A DNA stretch of 64,000 bases from assembly GCA_950097015.1 (NCBI GenBank), contig CATNEN010000001.1, forward strand, positions 6,448,001-6,512,000, given 5' to 3'. Shown here piece after piece: positions 38,285 through 51,400 of this stretch. Under the pieces are notes generated by a model. It saw only the letters and a list, made by a program, of their open reading frames with translations, ran no database searches and had not been told where the DNA came from. Positions within the stretch are counted from its first letter, which is position 1, and the number at the start of each line of letters is the position of its first letter. The translations under genes and the position numbers were made by a program. The DNA is from Macrostomum hystrix. Lineage: Eukaryota > Animalia > Platyhelminthes.

Positions 38285-39092
38285 TTGCTACGATTCCAGC
38301 TTCGATTCTAGCTGGATTTACAATTCCTACTGAAATTTAAGTAACGGTTTCTTGCAACCGTTCTTGCAACTGTCCTTGCTAAGATTCCTAAAATTCCTGC
38401 TGCGATTCTTACAACCGTTCCTGCTACGGTTCTTTCAGCGGTTCCAGCTACGATTCTTACTATCGTTCCTGCTACGATTCTGACTACGGTTCCAGCTTCG
38501 ATTCTAGCTGGATTTACAATTCCTATTGAAATTTAACTAACGGTATCTTGCAACCGTTCTTGCAACTGTCCTTGCTAAGATTCCTAAAATTCCTGCTGCG
38601 ATTCTTACAGCCGTTCCTGCTACGGTTCTTTCAGCGGTTCCAGCTACGATTCTTCGATTAAGAATCGTTGCAGGAACCGTATCAGGAACTGTAGCAGGAA
38701 TCGTTGCAAGAACCGCTGCAAGAACCGTAGCAGGAACGGTGGTAAAAATCGTAGCTGGAACCGTAGTAAGAATCGTAGCTGGAACCGCTGAAAGAACCGT
38801 AGCAGGAACGGTGGTAAAAATCGTAGCTGGAACCGTAGTAAGAATCGTAGCTGGAACCGCTGAAAGAACCGTAGCAGGAACGGTTGTAAGAATCGCAGCA
38901 GGAATTTTTGTAATCTTAGCGAGGACTGCTACCGTTCCTGCTACGATTCTGACTACGGTTCCAGCTTCGATTCTAGCTGGATTTACAATTCCTATTGAAA
39001 TTTAACTAACGGTTTCTTGCAACCGTTCTTGCTAAGATTCCTAAAATTCCTGCTGCGATTCTTACAACCGTTCCTGCTACGATTCTAGCTGG
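38285..39092. repeat. Complex ~200-bp-unit repeat with an internal inverted block (fold-back)
   Basis: Forward units at ~38289 and ~38487, inverted block ~38660-38920, forward again ~38925-39090. Confidence 0.85.
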
Positions 39093-39414
39093 CGTATATA
39101 TTCATGGCAGATAATGCAGTGACTCTGTTGACATAGTCTACTTCTATAAGAATCTGCTAAAATTCTGGATTTTTAATGGGATGAATTTTAAATAGTAAGA
39201 CAGTTAGATAAGAGGTGTGCTAGTACAGAGTGCAGGCAAAATTTAACGATGTGCTTAAAGAATAAAAGTGCATTTAGTGCATTTTTGTGCAGCAGGTCGC
39301 AGTGCATTATTAAATTTGTTAAATAATTTCGTGACGAAAGAGTTAACGCCTCGATAAAAGTACAAAAATGATATTTTTGTGTCAACCTTTCGCAAGAAAC
39401 GTATTTTCCGATCG

Positions 39415-42400
39415 TCAGTCCTCTAATTGGTCCAGAACCTCTTTTAGAAAGGTGCCGGCTCTCTCAGCTGGACGAATTGAAGCTGCGGAGGCATCACTTT
39501 CGGCTGCAGACTTGACTGACACTTTTGACGCCACTATCGGCCTGGATGGCTCAACTGTGGCTTGCTCGTTTGAGTCAACTGGAGTCACCTTCTCGCTTGG
39601 GTCATCTGTAGTCACCTTGGTTGCGTCATCTGGAGCCACTTTCTCAACTGCAGAATCATCATCAGCCTTCTGAATTGCTGGGCTGCCATCAGCCTTCTCA
39701 ACTGAAGAGCCATCATCATCAGCCTTCTCAACTGCAGAACCGTCATCATCCTTCTCAACTGCAGAACCATCATCAGCCTTCTCAACTGCAGAACCATCAA
39801 CAGCCTTCTCAACTGCAGAACCATCATCAGCCTTTTCAACTGCAGAACCATCATCAGCCTTCTCAACTGCAGAACCATCATCAGCCTTTTCAACTGAAGA
39901 ACCGTCATCATCAGCCTTCTCAACTGCAGAACCGTCATCAGCCTTCTCAACTGCAGAACCGTCATCAGCCTTCTCAACTGAAGAACCGTCATCATCAGCC
40001 TTCTCAACTGCAGAACCGTCATCAGCCTTCTCAACTGCAGAACCGTCATCAGCCTTTTCAACTGAAGAACCGTCATCATCAGCCTTCTCAACTACAGAAC
40101 CGTCATCAGCCTTCTCAACTGCAGAACCATCATCAGCCTTTTCAACTGCAGAACCGTCATCAGCCTTCTCAACTGCAGAACCGTCATCAGCCTTCTCAAC
40201 TGCAGAACCATCATCAGCCTTTTCAACTGCAGAACCGTCATCAGCCTTCTCAACTGCAGAACCGTCATCAGCCTTCTCAACTGCAGAACCATCATCAGCC
40301 TTTTCAACTGCAGAACCGTCATCAGCCTTCTCAACTGCAGAACCGTCATCAGCCTTTTCAACTGAAGAACCGTCATCATCAGCCTTCTCAACTGCAGAAC
40401 CGTCATCAGCCTTCTCAACTGCAGAACCGTCATCAGCCTTCTCAACTGCAGAACCGTCATCAGCCTTCTCAACTGCAGAACCGTCATCATCAGCCTTCTC
40501 AACTGCAGAACCGTCATCAGCCTTCTCAACTGCAGAACCATCATCAGCCTTCTCAACTACAGAACCGTCATCAGCCTTCTCAACTGAAGAGCCATCATCA
40601 TCAGCCTTCTCAACTGCAGAACCGTCATCAGCCTTCTCAACTGCAGAACCATCATCAGCCTTCTCAACTGCAGAACCGTCATCAGCCTTCTCAACTGCAG
40701 AACCGTCATCAGCCTTCTCAACTACAGAACCGTCATCAGCCTTCTCAACTGAAGAGCCATCATCATCAGCCTTCTCAACTGCAGAACCATCATCAGCCTT
40801 CTCAACTGCAGAACCGTCATCAGCCTTCTCAACTGCAGAACCGTCATCAGCCTTCTCAACTACAGAACCGTCATCAGCCTTCTCAACTGAAGAGCCATCA
40901 TCATCAGCCTTCTCAACTGCAGAACCGTCATCAGCCTTCTCAACTGCAGAACCATCATCAGCCTTCTCAACTGCAGAACCGTCATCAGCCTTCTCAACTG
41001 CAGAACCGTCATCAGCCTTCTCAACTGCAGAACCATCATCAGCCTTCTCAACTACAGAACCGTCATCAGCCTTCTCAACTGAAGAGCCATCATCATCAGC
41101 CTTCTCAACTGCAGAACCATCATCAGCCTTCTCAACTGCAGAACCGTCATCAGCCTTCTCAACTGCAGAACCATCATCAGCCTTCTCAACTGCAGAACCA
41201 TCATCAGCCTTCTCAACTGCAGAACCGTCATCAGCCTTCTCAACTGAAGAGCCATCATCATCAGCCTTCTCAACTGCAGAACCGTCATCAGCCTTCTCAA
41301 CTGCAGAACCATCATCAGCCTTCTCAACTGCAGAACCGTCATCATCAGCCTTCTCAACTGCAGAACCGTCATCAGCCTTCTCAACTGCAGAACCGTCATC
41401 ATCAGCCTTCTCAACTGCAGAACCATCATCAGCCTTCTCAACTACAGAACCGTCATCATCAGCCTTCTCAACTGCAGAACCGTCATCAGCCTTTTCAACT
41501 GCAGAACCGTCATCATCAGCCTTCTCAACTGCAGATTTATGCTCCTTATTCGCTTTTCCTTCAGCTTCAACTTCAGCTTGGCTGACATCTTCTCCCATCG
41601 CCGTCTCGCCTTTGTCGTCTCTCGCACGATCTGGTTTCAAAGCTCCCTGTTTTGCAACTCGTGTATCGGACGCTCTCTGGGTTTTCAGGTTGTCTGTTTT
41701 CGATAAGCTTGTATCCTTGGCTGTTCTATTACCTGTCGATTGAGTTTTATCTGACCTGCCCTTGACTTTAGGCGGCTCAAAGTTGGTTTTCTTTGCGGCT
41801 TGCTGTTTTTGTTGATAGTTTCTAGTTTGGAATGTTGAATTTGTAGCCGCCTTTTTGACTGACAACTGTTGACCACCTTTTACGGAGTTCGGGACTTTGG
41901 GATTAATTGAAAACGATCTGGGTTAGTAAGGTGACTTGTTTCTACTTCGTTAAAAGTAACAGCTATGGTTAGGGATACTAAGTAAAAAATAAAAATATCT
42001 AATTTTGTTAATTAAACATTACGTAATGCTATGCTTTGAACTGCTTGCAATCATTTTCATGGTTAGAGCACATCTCGTGTTTATGTAAAGCTATGTCAAA
42101 TCAAAACTTCATTAGTCACATACCAGTCTCCATCGCTTCCTCGTCTTGCTCTGCCTCCTTTTTGTCATCCTCGTGGTCTGCTTCATCAATCGGCTCTTCC
42201 GTCTCTTGTTCATCAGCAGTCTTGTCCTCGCGCTTCGGCTCCTCGTCCTCGGCCTTCTCGGTGATGTTCGACACTTCCGGCTTGTAGGCGGCCCGCTGCT
42301 TGTCACTGTTTGACTCGTCGTGCTCAGGCTTATCGCTGGCTTCATCCTGACTTTCCTCGGCCTGCTCTCTGCCCTCGTCACCGTTTTCGTCTCCGATAGG

Positions 42401-45400
42401 TCGAGCCCGTTCCAGCTGGAGCGAGTCAGGTCTCGTCGACGCCTGCGGTGAGAACGGTCGATAAGAGGCCTGGTCGGACTCGCGCTTGGAGCTGGGCGCC
42501 GACACGCCCTGATCCTGACCGCTTCCAGCAGACTCTTCGATAGTATTGGACGATTCTTCCTCTTCGATGCCCTCCAGGCGTTGCTGTTGACCAATCGGGC
42601 GTCGCTGCTGCTGCTGCTGTTGCTGCTGGCGCGTGTCTTCGTCCAGCGGATCCAGCTCGTCAACTAGCGGGGTGCGCACGATCGGCACTCGTGCCCTTGT
42701 CGGATAGGAGCCGTCGATGAATCCCGGGTCGAGTACGAAGAAGCCGCGCTCCGTGGGGTCAACCGGCTTGACGCTCGAAGGAAGCAGGACTGTGGCCACG
42801 TGATGCTGCTTCGACTGGGTTTTTGCGTCCAACGGAAGTTCGTGTAAAATTCTGCTCTTATAATAATAATAACAACAATAATAAAAATAACTGCAGGACA
42901 GCTTTGGGCAATGGCACATCATTCGGTGACACTCCACACACAGCCAGCGAGTAGGCAATTCTGCCTATTTTGCTGACTACTGAGCACTCACGCACACCTA
43001 CTGTACGCAGGCACGCACTCACACAGGTATGTACACCTGCCCTGACTTTCTCATCCTCAGGCTGTGTACACTCTTACTTTGGAGGTTGGCCCTCAAGGGC
43101 ATAAACTTCACGACAAGCTCCCAAGCATTCTCTCCGCGGCTGCGCCCAAAATGAATGTGGCCTCGCCGTTAAATCGAGCTCAGGAACCTAGGTACAAGTG
43201 GCAAACGCCATAACCTCTCTGCAACTCACCCTCGAAATTCTGCTCTTACACTGGTCGCAATTTCTTTTATATTAGTAACCCAAAATTCTACTGAAGTACT
43301 CACCCAAGATGTGTAGATCTCGCATTCGTACAGTTCATCAGTGCCTTGGTCGTCTTCAACATTGGCGCTCTCGAACACAACAAGAAGATTGTAACCATCC
43401 AGAGGTGTGATTGTTTGCCTGGGATATCAAATTGACAATTGTTATTTTATGAGTGTGACTTTAAAGGGAAATGTCACAGGAAAATCGCGTTTGCTTCACA
43501 GACCTGTCACTAAACACCAGCCGATGACGATTGCCGTTTCCGCGCTGTTCGGCCTTCTCATCGTCTTCGTGAGCGGCCAGCTCCATGCCGCACATGTACA
43601 CATTTTCCAGTCGCACAGACCAGGATCCGCTGCCGCCGCTGCTGCCACCGCGAACCAGACGACTGTCAGCGCCGGCTGTTGGCAGAAGTTCGCAGCGGAT
43701 TCGGATGTCCTCCAGGTGGCAGCGATGAACAGCTTCGGACAGATCCAGCCGCTTGTCCAGCCGCAGCGCGGCTAGAAGGCGTCTCGGCTCGTACAAGCCA
43801 CCGAGCCACAGGCTGCTGATGAGGCCGGTTGGTCGCAGACGCCTCAGCTGCGCGTGTCGGCGTCGTAGTCGAGATAGCCAGGCGGTCAACGGCAAGGAGT
43901 TGGGCCACTCGCCCCGGTGCAGCCAGACCTCTGGCACCAGCTCGACGGACAGCCGGCTAGCGGCTGATGCCAGGCCGGCTGGCAGGTTAGCCAGGCCAGC
44001 TGGCAAATGGCGTCTCAAAAGCTGGACGTCGCGACCAACGGCAAGAATTTGTCGATTATAAACTGCGCACTCTCGCTGCACCACTTCTTCGACTGATGGC
44101 GAGCGAGTTCGACGATCGTTGGTCAGCGAACCGATCGATGACATCGACGCCGAGCTAGCTGCCGAGCTGGGCGGATGATAGGTGAAGTTGAACTGGCGCG
44201 AGTCAGCCTCGCTGTTGAAGCGAACCAGCGGTGGCAGCGACTCAGCCACCAGGTCCAGCACTGTGAACAGCTTGGCCAATCGGCTGGCCGGTCGAATGTC
44301 ACAATCGAAAAATGTCGACGATGCCGTAGCTGTAGTGAGACTCGCCGAGGCAGTTGGCGGCGGGTTGTCGCTGAGCCAGATTGAGTACAGGCGCTGCATG
44401 CAGGCTGCCAGAGCTACTCCTGCCGGCTCTCCTGCTGTTGCAGACGCCTCCCACGGCAGGAGGCGGCCGTTGGTCAGTAGGGCTGTCTGGCTGGACCAAT
44501 CGCGCAGGAAGTCGAGGGTTTCTAAGCTACCCGGCGATGGAGTCGGACACAGACCGCTAGATGGTGCTTCTGTGATCCAGTGTTTCAACAGTTTTCTAGT
44601 GTCGCGACCACTGTACAGATGCTCGTACAGGCGACTCATCAGATTACTCTCTGATGGCTTGGCGGCGTCTTCAACAGCGAGGAGACTTGCTAGCTTGGCC
44701 AGTGCCGCATCTCCGAGCAGTTGCCAGCGGCTGAAGTGACGCGCACCCGCGCGCTGTGCATAGGCGGCCATGGCGTGCACGTAGCCCAATGGTAGAACAC
44801 GAGTGTCGTCTTCGAGTTGCGCCGAGCGGATCTGAGTCGAGTAGGAGTCGATTTTTTGCACGTTAGATTCCGAAACAACAACTAAATATATCAAAGGTTT
44901 TTAAATCGACCAACAACTTTTCATACCTGTTTGAAGGCGGCCTCACCAGCTAGGCGCAGTTGACGATCGCCACTGGAGCCAGTCGAGCCTTCCTCATTGG
45001 TTGGCTCAGCCTCGGGTCGGATACCGTCCAGATAATCGGCGCTGACAACCCGGAGGTGCCGAATCAGAGTAGCCGGAAGCGGATCACCGGAACCGATCTG
45101 ATAGGTTAGCCAAACCATTGGCGTCTGGCGTTGCTTCTCCGGCTTCTGATCGTCTGACTCTAGCTGCTGGCCATCTGTGTTGCTTTCTGCTGCAGCTTCT
45201 GTGTCGGACTGGAACAACAGCCGCAGCTTCCTCTCCAAGCGTTGATATCCGGTGCGACTGCCGCAGTGAGCGTCGCGGAGCAGCACCCAGGTCTGCTCTG
45301 GCTCATTGAACGCCCGCTCTAGTTGGCCAAGAGCTTGCTGTTCGCATCGTTTGCCATAATCGATGACTACCAGCTTGCGGCCTTTGATCTGTGCCGCCTT

Positions 45401-48400
45401 GCCGAGCAGCTCTGTGACAGCGTTTCTAGGATAGAAGGCCGAATCACGATAGGCTTCGGAGCTGGCGCAGCTTGGAAGCAGAACCAAAGCGCCAAAACTG
45501 CGCGGTCCTAGACCAGCTTCCAGGTCGTCCAAGAACTCGGTCAAAGTCGGCAGAGTGGCTGCAGTCGAATCTAAAAAGTTTGGTAAATACCAATTATTAT
45601 TCCTTTGTCTGAGGCACTGGCGCATCACTTTGGCGATCGTCAACCGCCACCCTTGCACCTCCTGATAAAGTTGGTTAGTAATTGAAGTTAAGACTATTTG
45701 CAATTCATACTTATTCGACCATAGGCTTCGGCCAAGATTTGAGGGGTTGTAGCCTAGTTGTGAGAGCGTCGGATTCACGACTTAAGCGTCGGGGGTTCGA
45801 TTCCCGACACCACTGGAACAATTTGTGTCCTTTAGCAAGACACTTAACTCTGCTTTGCTTCAGTTCACCGAGCTGTTAAATGGGTACCAGCATTAGCTGG
45901 GGTAATTGGGGTGTGGCGTCTCCCCAGTCCATGGACTGAAAAGCCGTACGCAGCGGGCTGTGCTGTCGGCAGCTCAGCTAGCCCAATCGAGGCAGGTGTA
46001 ATCAATGATTACTAAAGTTATTATTACGCTTTGACAGAGAAAAGTTGGCAATTTTTAATCATGCGCTCGTACTTTATCTATTGCAGGCAGCTCAAATACC
46101 TGTGTTGGGTGTTTTCTGCTGCTGCTGATTCTCTCCCTCGTCATTTTGCTGCTTATTGTCACCAGACGCAGCTGCTGCAGCGCTGGAACTAGCGAGGAAC
46201 TCTTCGATGCCCGCAAGCAGCCTGTCCGGACGAAGTAGCTTCAACAGAAGCAGGTCGCAGAGCAATAGTACTCGCTGTTCCAAATCTTCACGCTGTCGAG
46301 TACGTTTCGGTGCGAGAGTCGCCAGGGTCGCACCGTCGGCCGGGCCGGTGCAGAAGTTGCTCCAGAAGTTTTCGGCGTTTTCTGCCACCGCTTCGTGCAC
46401 CATCGCCCAGGGTCCGTCCAGACTACCGATAGTAACAAGATCGTCCCAGCGGTCTGGCGAGCAGAATGACGGTCTCTGCGGCCCGCTAGAGTCAGAGTTG
46501 ATGAGCTTGCGAATGCCGTTGTCCGAATAGGCTGAAATCAGAATGAAGTTTTTAGAATTTTTGGCTAAAATGTCTTAGTCACATTATGTGTTAAACCTAA
46601 TATTGTCACCTTCGAACAGGAAGTCCAAGTAGCCGGTAGGCACTCCGTCAACGAGCGGTAGCTCAGTCAGTCGAAGCAGCAGGGCGAATAGCAGCCGATC
46701 TTCATAGAACAGAGACGGCGCGAACCGGTGATAGACACCGTTGCGCAGGCGAGTCATCGCCTCTTCAGCCCAACCTTCAGCTGGTTCTGCGCTCTGCTGT
46801 TTGTTCGGCTGAGCACTGTTCTCAAACCCACTTTGCTCATCTTCAGCTTCTTTGCCGGTGGCATTCTCTGAAGACTTCTGCTGGTGGTCTGATGAAAGCA
46901 GCGCGGCCTCGTCAATATCGATGTCGGCATCCTGTTGGCTATCGTCCTCAGCGGAATTGGCCGCGGCGGCGGCTGCAGCGGCTGCAGCGGCAGCTGCTTC
47001 AAGCTCAGCTGCGGCAGCCGCCTCTTCAGCGTCTGGTGGTAGTACACGACGGGAACGAAGCGAGCCACGCTTTGTCAGGTAGGCCTCCAACGGTTGAAGA
47101 AGTTCAACGCGTCTTCCAGTAGCTCGGCCAGTGATCTCTTGCATGAGACGTTCCCGCTGCTCAGTAGCCTTAGATGAGAGTACTTCTTGGACGAACGCTT
47201 CGTCATCTGTACAGAAGGACAGCAATAATTTTTCTATATATCTTCGTGGTATCACAAGGCAAAAATAACTCTATATGTGCAAAAAGCTTTCTTCTCACTT
47301 TCTTCACCCTCGAGAACTTTGTAGGCAGTCGCGTCGGATTTCTCTTCGTCACTCTGTCTCGACTTTCGACCCTCCCCAGCGCCCGTCTCCGCATCGTTAT
47401 GCTGTGACACAGATTTAGCGGCCTTCCTTTTAGTGACAATCGAAGCTTTTCCAGCCTCGGTTACCTCTTCAAAGTCTTCTGGCAGGGCGTGGCCGCCATT
47501 TGGATCAACCGCCTGGTCGAACAGTCTCAGGAATTCGTGCAGTGGATAGCGATACTCGAACTGCAGGGCTCCGAGACCGCGCAGTGCGCTATAGACGTCT
47601 GCTGCGGAGACACCTAGACCGGCAGCTAGGTCTCGACGACGTTCGACACTAGCAGCATGACGCTGCTCTCGTCGGGTAGCGGCAGAGACGGCATCGATGC
47701 GACTGGCTGTTTCGCTCATCGCTCTCATGCTGTCCTCGCTCCACAGCGACTGGGAGTGCAAAGCCGAGGCGAGTTGGCTGCGAATCCGACGCACCAGAGC
47801 TGCCAGCAGCACTCTCAGCTGGGCCGCCCGATCCAGAGACGTTGCCCGCTCAGTCAGCTGGTCCGGCCACAGTTTAGCGAAGGCGCGTCGCTTCAGTATC
47901 TCGCCGAGGCTGTCACGCGAAGCGACGCAGTTTACGAGTGTCAGCTGGCTGCTGAAGTCCGGACTTAGTAGTCGCTGCTGCGTGGCGCCAGTGGCAAAAA
48001 CAGGTAGGAAGCCGCTACCGCAGATCATCTTGCGTTGGTAAAAACGGATGCGACGGCTCTCTGAAACGACGAGTTTAATTATCGTCATCTGACGTAATCC
48101 AAAGTTTTGACAAAATTACACCTACTAGATTTTACCTGGCTCATCCTGAGTCAAGGGACTGCGCATATTGATGTAGTGAATCAGTGGTTCAAACAGATTG
48201 TCCAGATTTTCGTTAACATTGTACATCAGTAGCGGTCGGCCATCCGTGATCGCTCGACGGACTTCGTCCAAGGCGTTGGTTTCGCGTCTGGAGGACAGAA
48301 ATTTTTTGTTGAAGTCCAAAATCTCTAAAATTTCCTCAAAAATATAAAAAACTAACCTCTGGTTCATGTCGATCCTGACGAGGTCAGCTGCTGTTTCGGC

Positions 48401-51400
48401 GGTTAGGAGATGCTTCAACTCCTGCTTGCGGCCTCGACTGTGCGGATCGATGAAGCAAACGGGACGCTCAGTCGAGGCGCAAATAATGGCTGCGTTGATT
48501 ATTTGGTGAGCGCTCAGGTCTGCAAAGCAGATACCATTTAAAGGGTTTCGATTTTTTTCTTTTTAGAAGAGTTACAGAAAAATTAATTTACTTTATACAC
48601 CCATTCGCATTGAAATTATTTATAAATGATCACATACCTTGCCTATACCAGCTGTGAGCCATTTTCTCTCCGACAATGACCAAACACAGAGCCTGATAGT
48701 AGCGATAGATTCGGCTGCGTGACCACAGCTCGCCTTCGCCGTCCAAAGTCTCGGCTGTAGCTGACGATGCCACCGCTGACGCTGCTCTCGCTTCGTTAGC
48801 AGCTCGGTCGGATTTTCTAGTCGGCGATTCTTGACCTACCTCGTGTACAGACTTTTTCTCCTTCTGCTCCTCATCTCCAGGCTCCACTGTTCCTGTTTCT
48901 CCTTGCATCTCAGACTCGTCTTCATCCTTGTCAAAGTCGCGACCTTCAGCCGCCTCAGCGCTGCCTCGAGCCCGCTCCTTCTCGCCAATCTCCTCTTTGC
49001 GAGCCTTCTCGGCCTCGGCATCGTCTTCAGCGTCATTTCTCAGATCGTCATCTTCCAGATCGTCGTCTTCGTCGAGTTCCTCGTGAGCTCTATCAGATTC
49101 GACAACTGCGCCCAGCTGGAATAAAATCTCCCGTCCGCTGATCGGATCGACTGAGTCAATCGCCAGTTGAAGTCCGCGCTCTCGGAGACAGTCCGGCCAG
49201 ACAGTGGTCAGGACTCGCTGTCGGAACTCCTGCTGGAAGCGGCCTAGGTAGGTCACCAGGCCGGAAGCGATTGCGCACGCGCCGGGGATCGCGCGAACGC
49301 GCTCCGCCAGCGAACGACAGGTGCGTCGGCACTTGCGCAACTCTTGGCGCATAATACGACGCAGCTTCTTTGCCGTCGTTAACATCTCGTCCATCTTGCC
49401 GGTCTTCTCATCCTGATTGTTCTTGTCTATCGTAGCCTCCTCGAAGCTCCTTGCCAGTTCTTTGAGACGAGCCTCCAAAGCTATGCGCTTCTGTTCGAGA
49501 GCCACATTGCGAGTTTCCGCTTCGGCTACACGTTTCGCTGTCTCCTCCATCCGACGATGCAGCGGGCGCACTCGGTTGTGCATCATGCCCTGGTAGCGGG
49601 CAACTCCGGCAATCCACTTGGCCAGCGACTGACAGGCAACGAATGGCTCGCTTAGCCGCTCTGGTTGGAGGTCCTGCCGAGAGACATAGTCCTGCAGCAT
49701 CTCCAGAGTCTCAACTGGCATGTCTTGCTCACTGAAGCGCTGTAGCTCCTCCAGGAAGCGATCGATGTTCGCCATCTGACGCTTGGCACCCTTCTGCCAA
49801 GTGTTGTCCGCATCCGGACCCTTCAGAGCTAAGATCACCGCCTCCATCAGCTGTTGAACCTCCGGTGTTGGCTTCTGCTCCGCTCGCAACTGAGCCAGTG
49901 AATCCTTGTCCATGTCCTGCACCACCTGCTGAGTGTCCTTGATGATGGCCAGCGACTTGTAAACTGCTCGCTCGTGCGCCAAACTGTACTCCGGCAGCAG
50001 CTTTTTTAGTTTGGCAATTTCGCCCATCTGTCGACGCACGATTCGCATCTGCGACTGAGTGATGGCAGTGTCCTGTCCGATCTGGCGCAGCAGTCGCTTC
50101 GAGGCCTCGTCGCGTTCCTCTTGAACCTTCTTCTCGTGCTCGAGTTTCGCTCGCAGTTTGTTAGCTAGGGCACTCTCCTGCTGAATCTGGGTTAGAGTGG
50201 CTTCCGCATTTTTGTGTTCCTGCTCAACCAGTGAGTACCGGGCACAAGCCAGCGTGCAGAACTTCTCTACAAATTTGCTGAAGGAAGTATTATTAACATC
50301 TATCAGGCAGGGCTGCTGACTGCGTTTAGAAGCGGACGAAACACCAACGGTCGGCTCCAGGCAGGCCCTTCGCAGAGCCGAGTGCATTGATGCCAGCAGG
50401 TGAGCAAGGTTCTCTCGCACCAGTGGATCCTTGAGCCAGCCGATCGACTGCAAATGAAAGGACGCGTGCTCCACTAGCTGGCTGGTGTGCCAGTGCTGCA
50501 GCCAGATGAAGTTGATGGTGCTGATGAGCACGGGGAACTGTTGGCACAGTCGGTGGAAGGGCTGCTCGGCGTCCGTTACAATCAGGCAGATGCGAAAGTT
50601 GCGCCGAACACCGCTTAAGTGAGGGATTAAAACTATAGCGATAATTATATACACCTATGAATACTGGCTGATTGCTCACAATCGAATAAAATACTTATAT
50701 TGCCACTTTAAGTACTGTATATAGGACACCATCATCAAAACACACTTTTTTATATTTTAGCAAGTATTTATACTGCCACTATTATAGATATTATACTATA
50801 ATACTATTATATTATAGTAGAGAAGCTTGGACATTCCAAACAATATTCAATAATGGAACTATATTATTGATCAGGTCATATTTTTGTTTTTTTTCCAAAA
50901 TATAAAGGCACACAGGAAGATCATCAGCCAGTGGCATATAGTCTAGCCAACAAGTGGGTAAAATTTACCATAGACAATTAATGGTCGGAGTACAATAATG
51001 ATCCTATCTATGGCAGAACCCCACTGTTGGCTAGTCAATATGACAATGCCATAGACAGCTACGCGCTACGCGCCGCGATCGTGGTCCTAGGCGTTGTTTC
51101 GCTTGCAAGCCGAGGACTATCTTTCCATTGCGCTCACAATTTCACTAATACGACTCGTAATAATAACTTTCAAAAGAAACACTTTCTAAGAGGCCTAACG
51201 CGAAGAGGAAATTCTGTAAATTCTCAAAAACCCTCACCTAAGAAAGAACTCCCAGGCGACTTCTTTGTTATAAGTGAGTCCAGCTTGTGTAACGTCTGTT
51301 CGCACTGAGTTGACAATCTTTGTCTGCTCCTCCGGTGTAAATAGATGATTTATATTGCCGTGAATGACGAATTCCGATAGGTAGACAAACAGGCTGTCCT

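Noticed and set aside
39621-41585. 654-aa His/Gln-rich plus-strand ORF
   Set aside because: Antisense shadow of the AVEKADDGS repeat. It is confined to the repeat, whereas the minus ORF extends into unique sequence on both sides.
44921-45778. N-terminal part of ORF 44921..45778 (and likewise of 42116..42958) as protein
   Set aside because: These read through SINE or intron sequence upstream of the true acceptors at 45570 and 42856.
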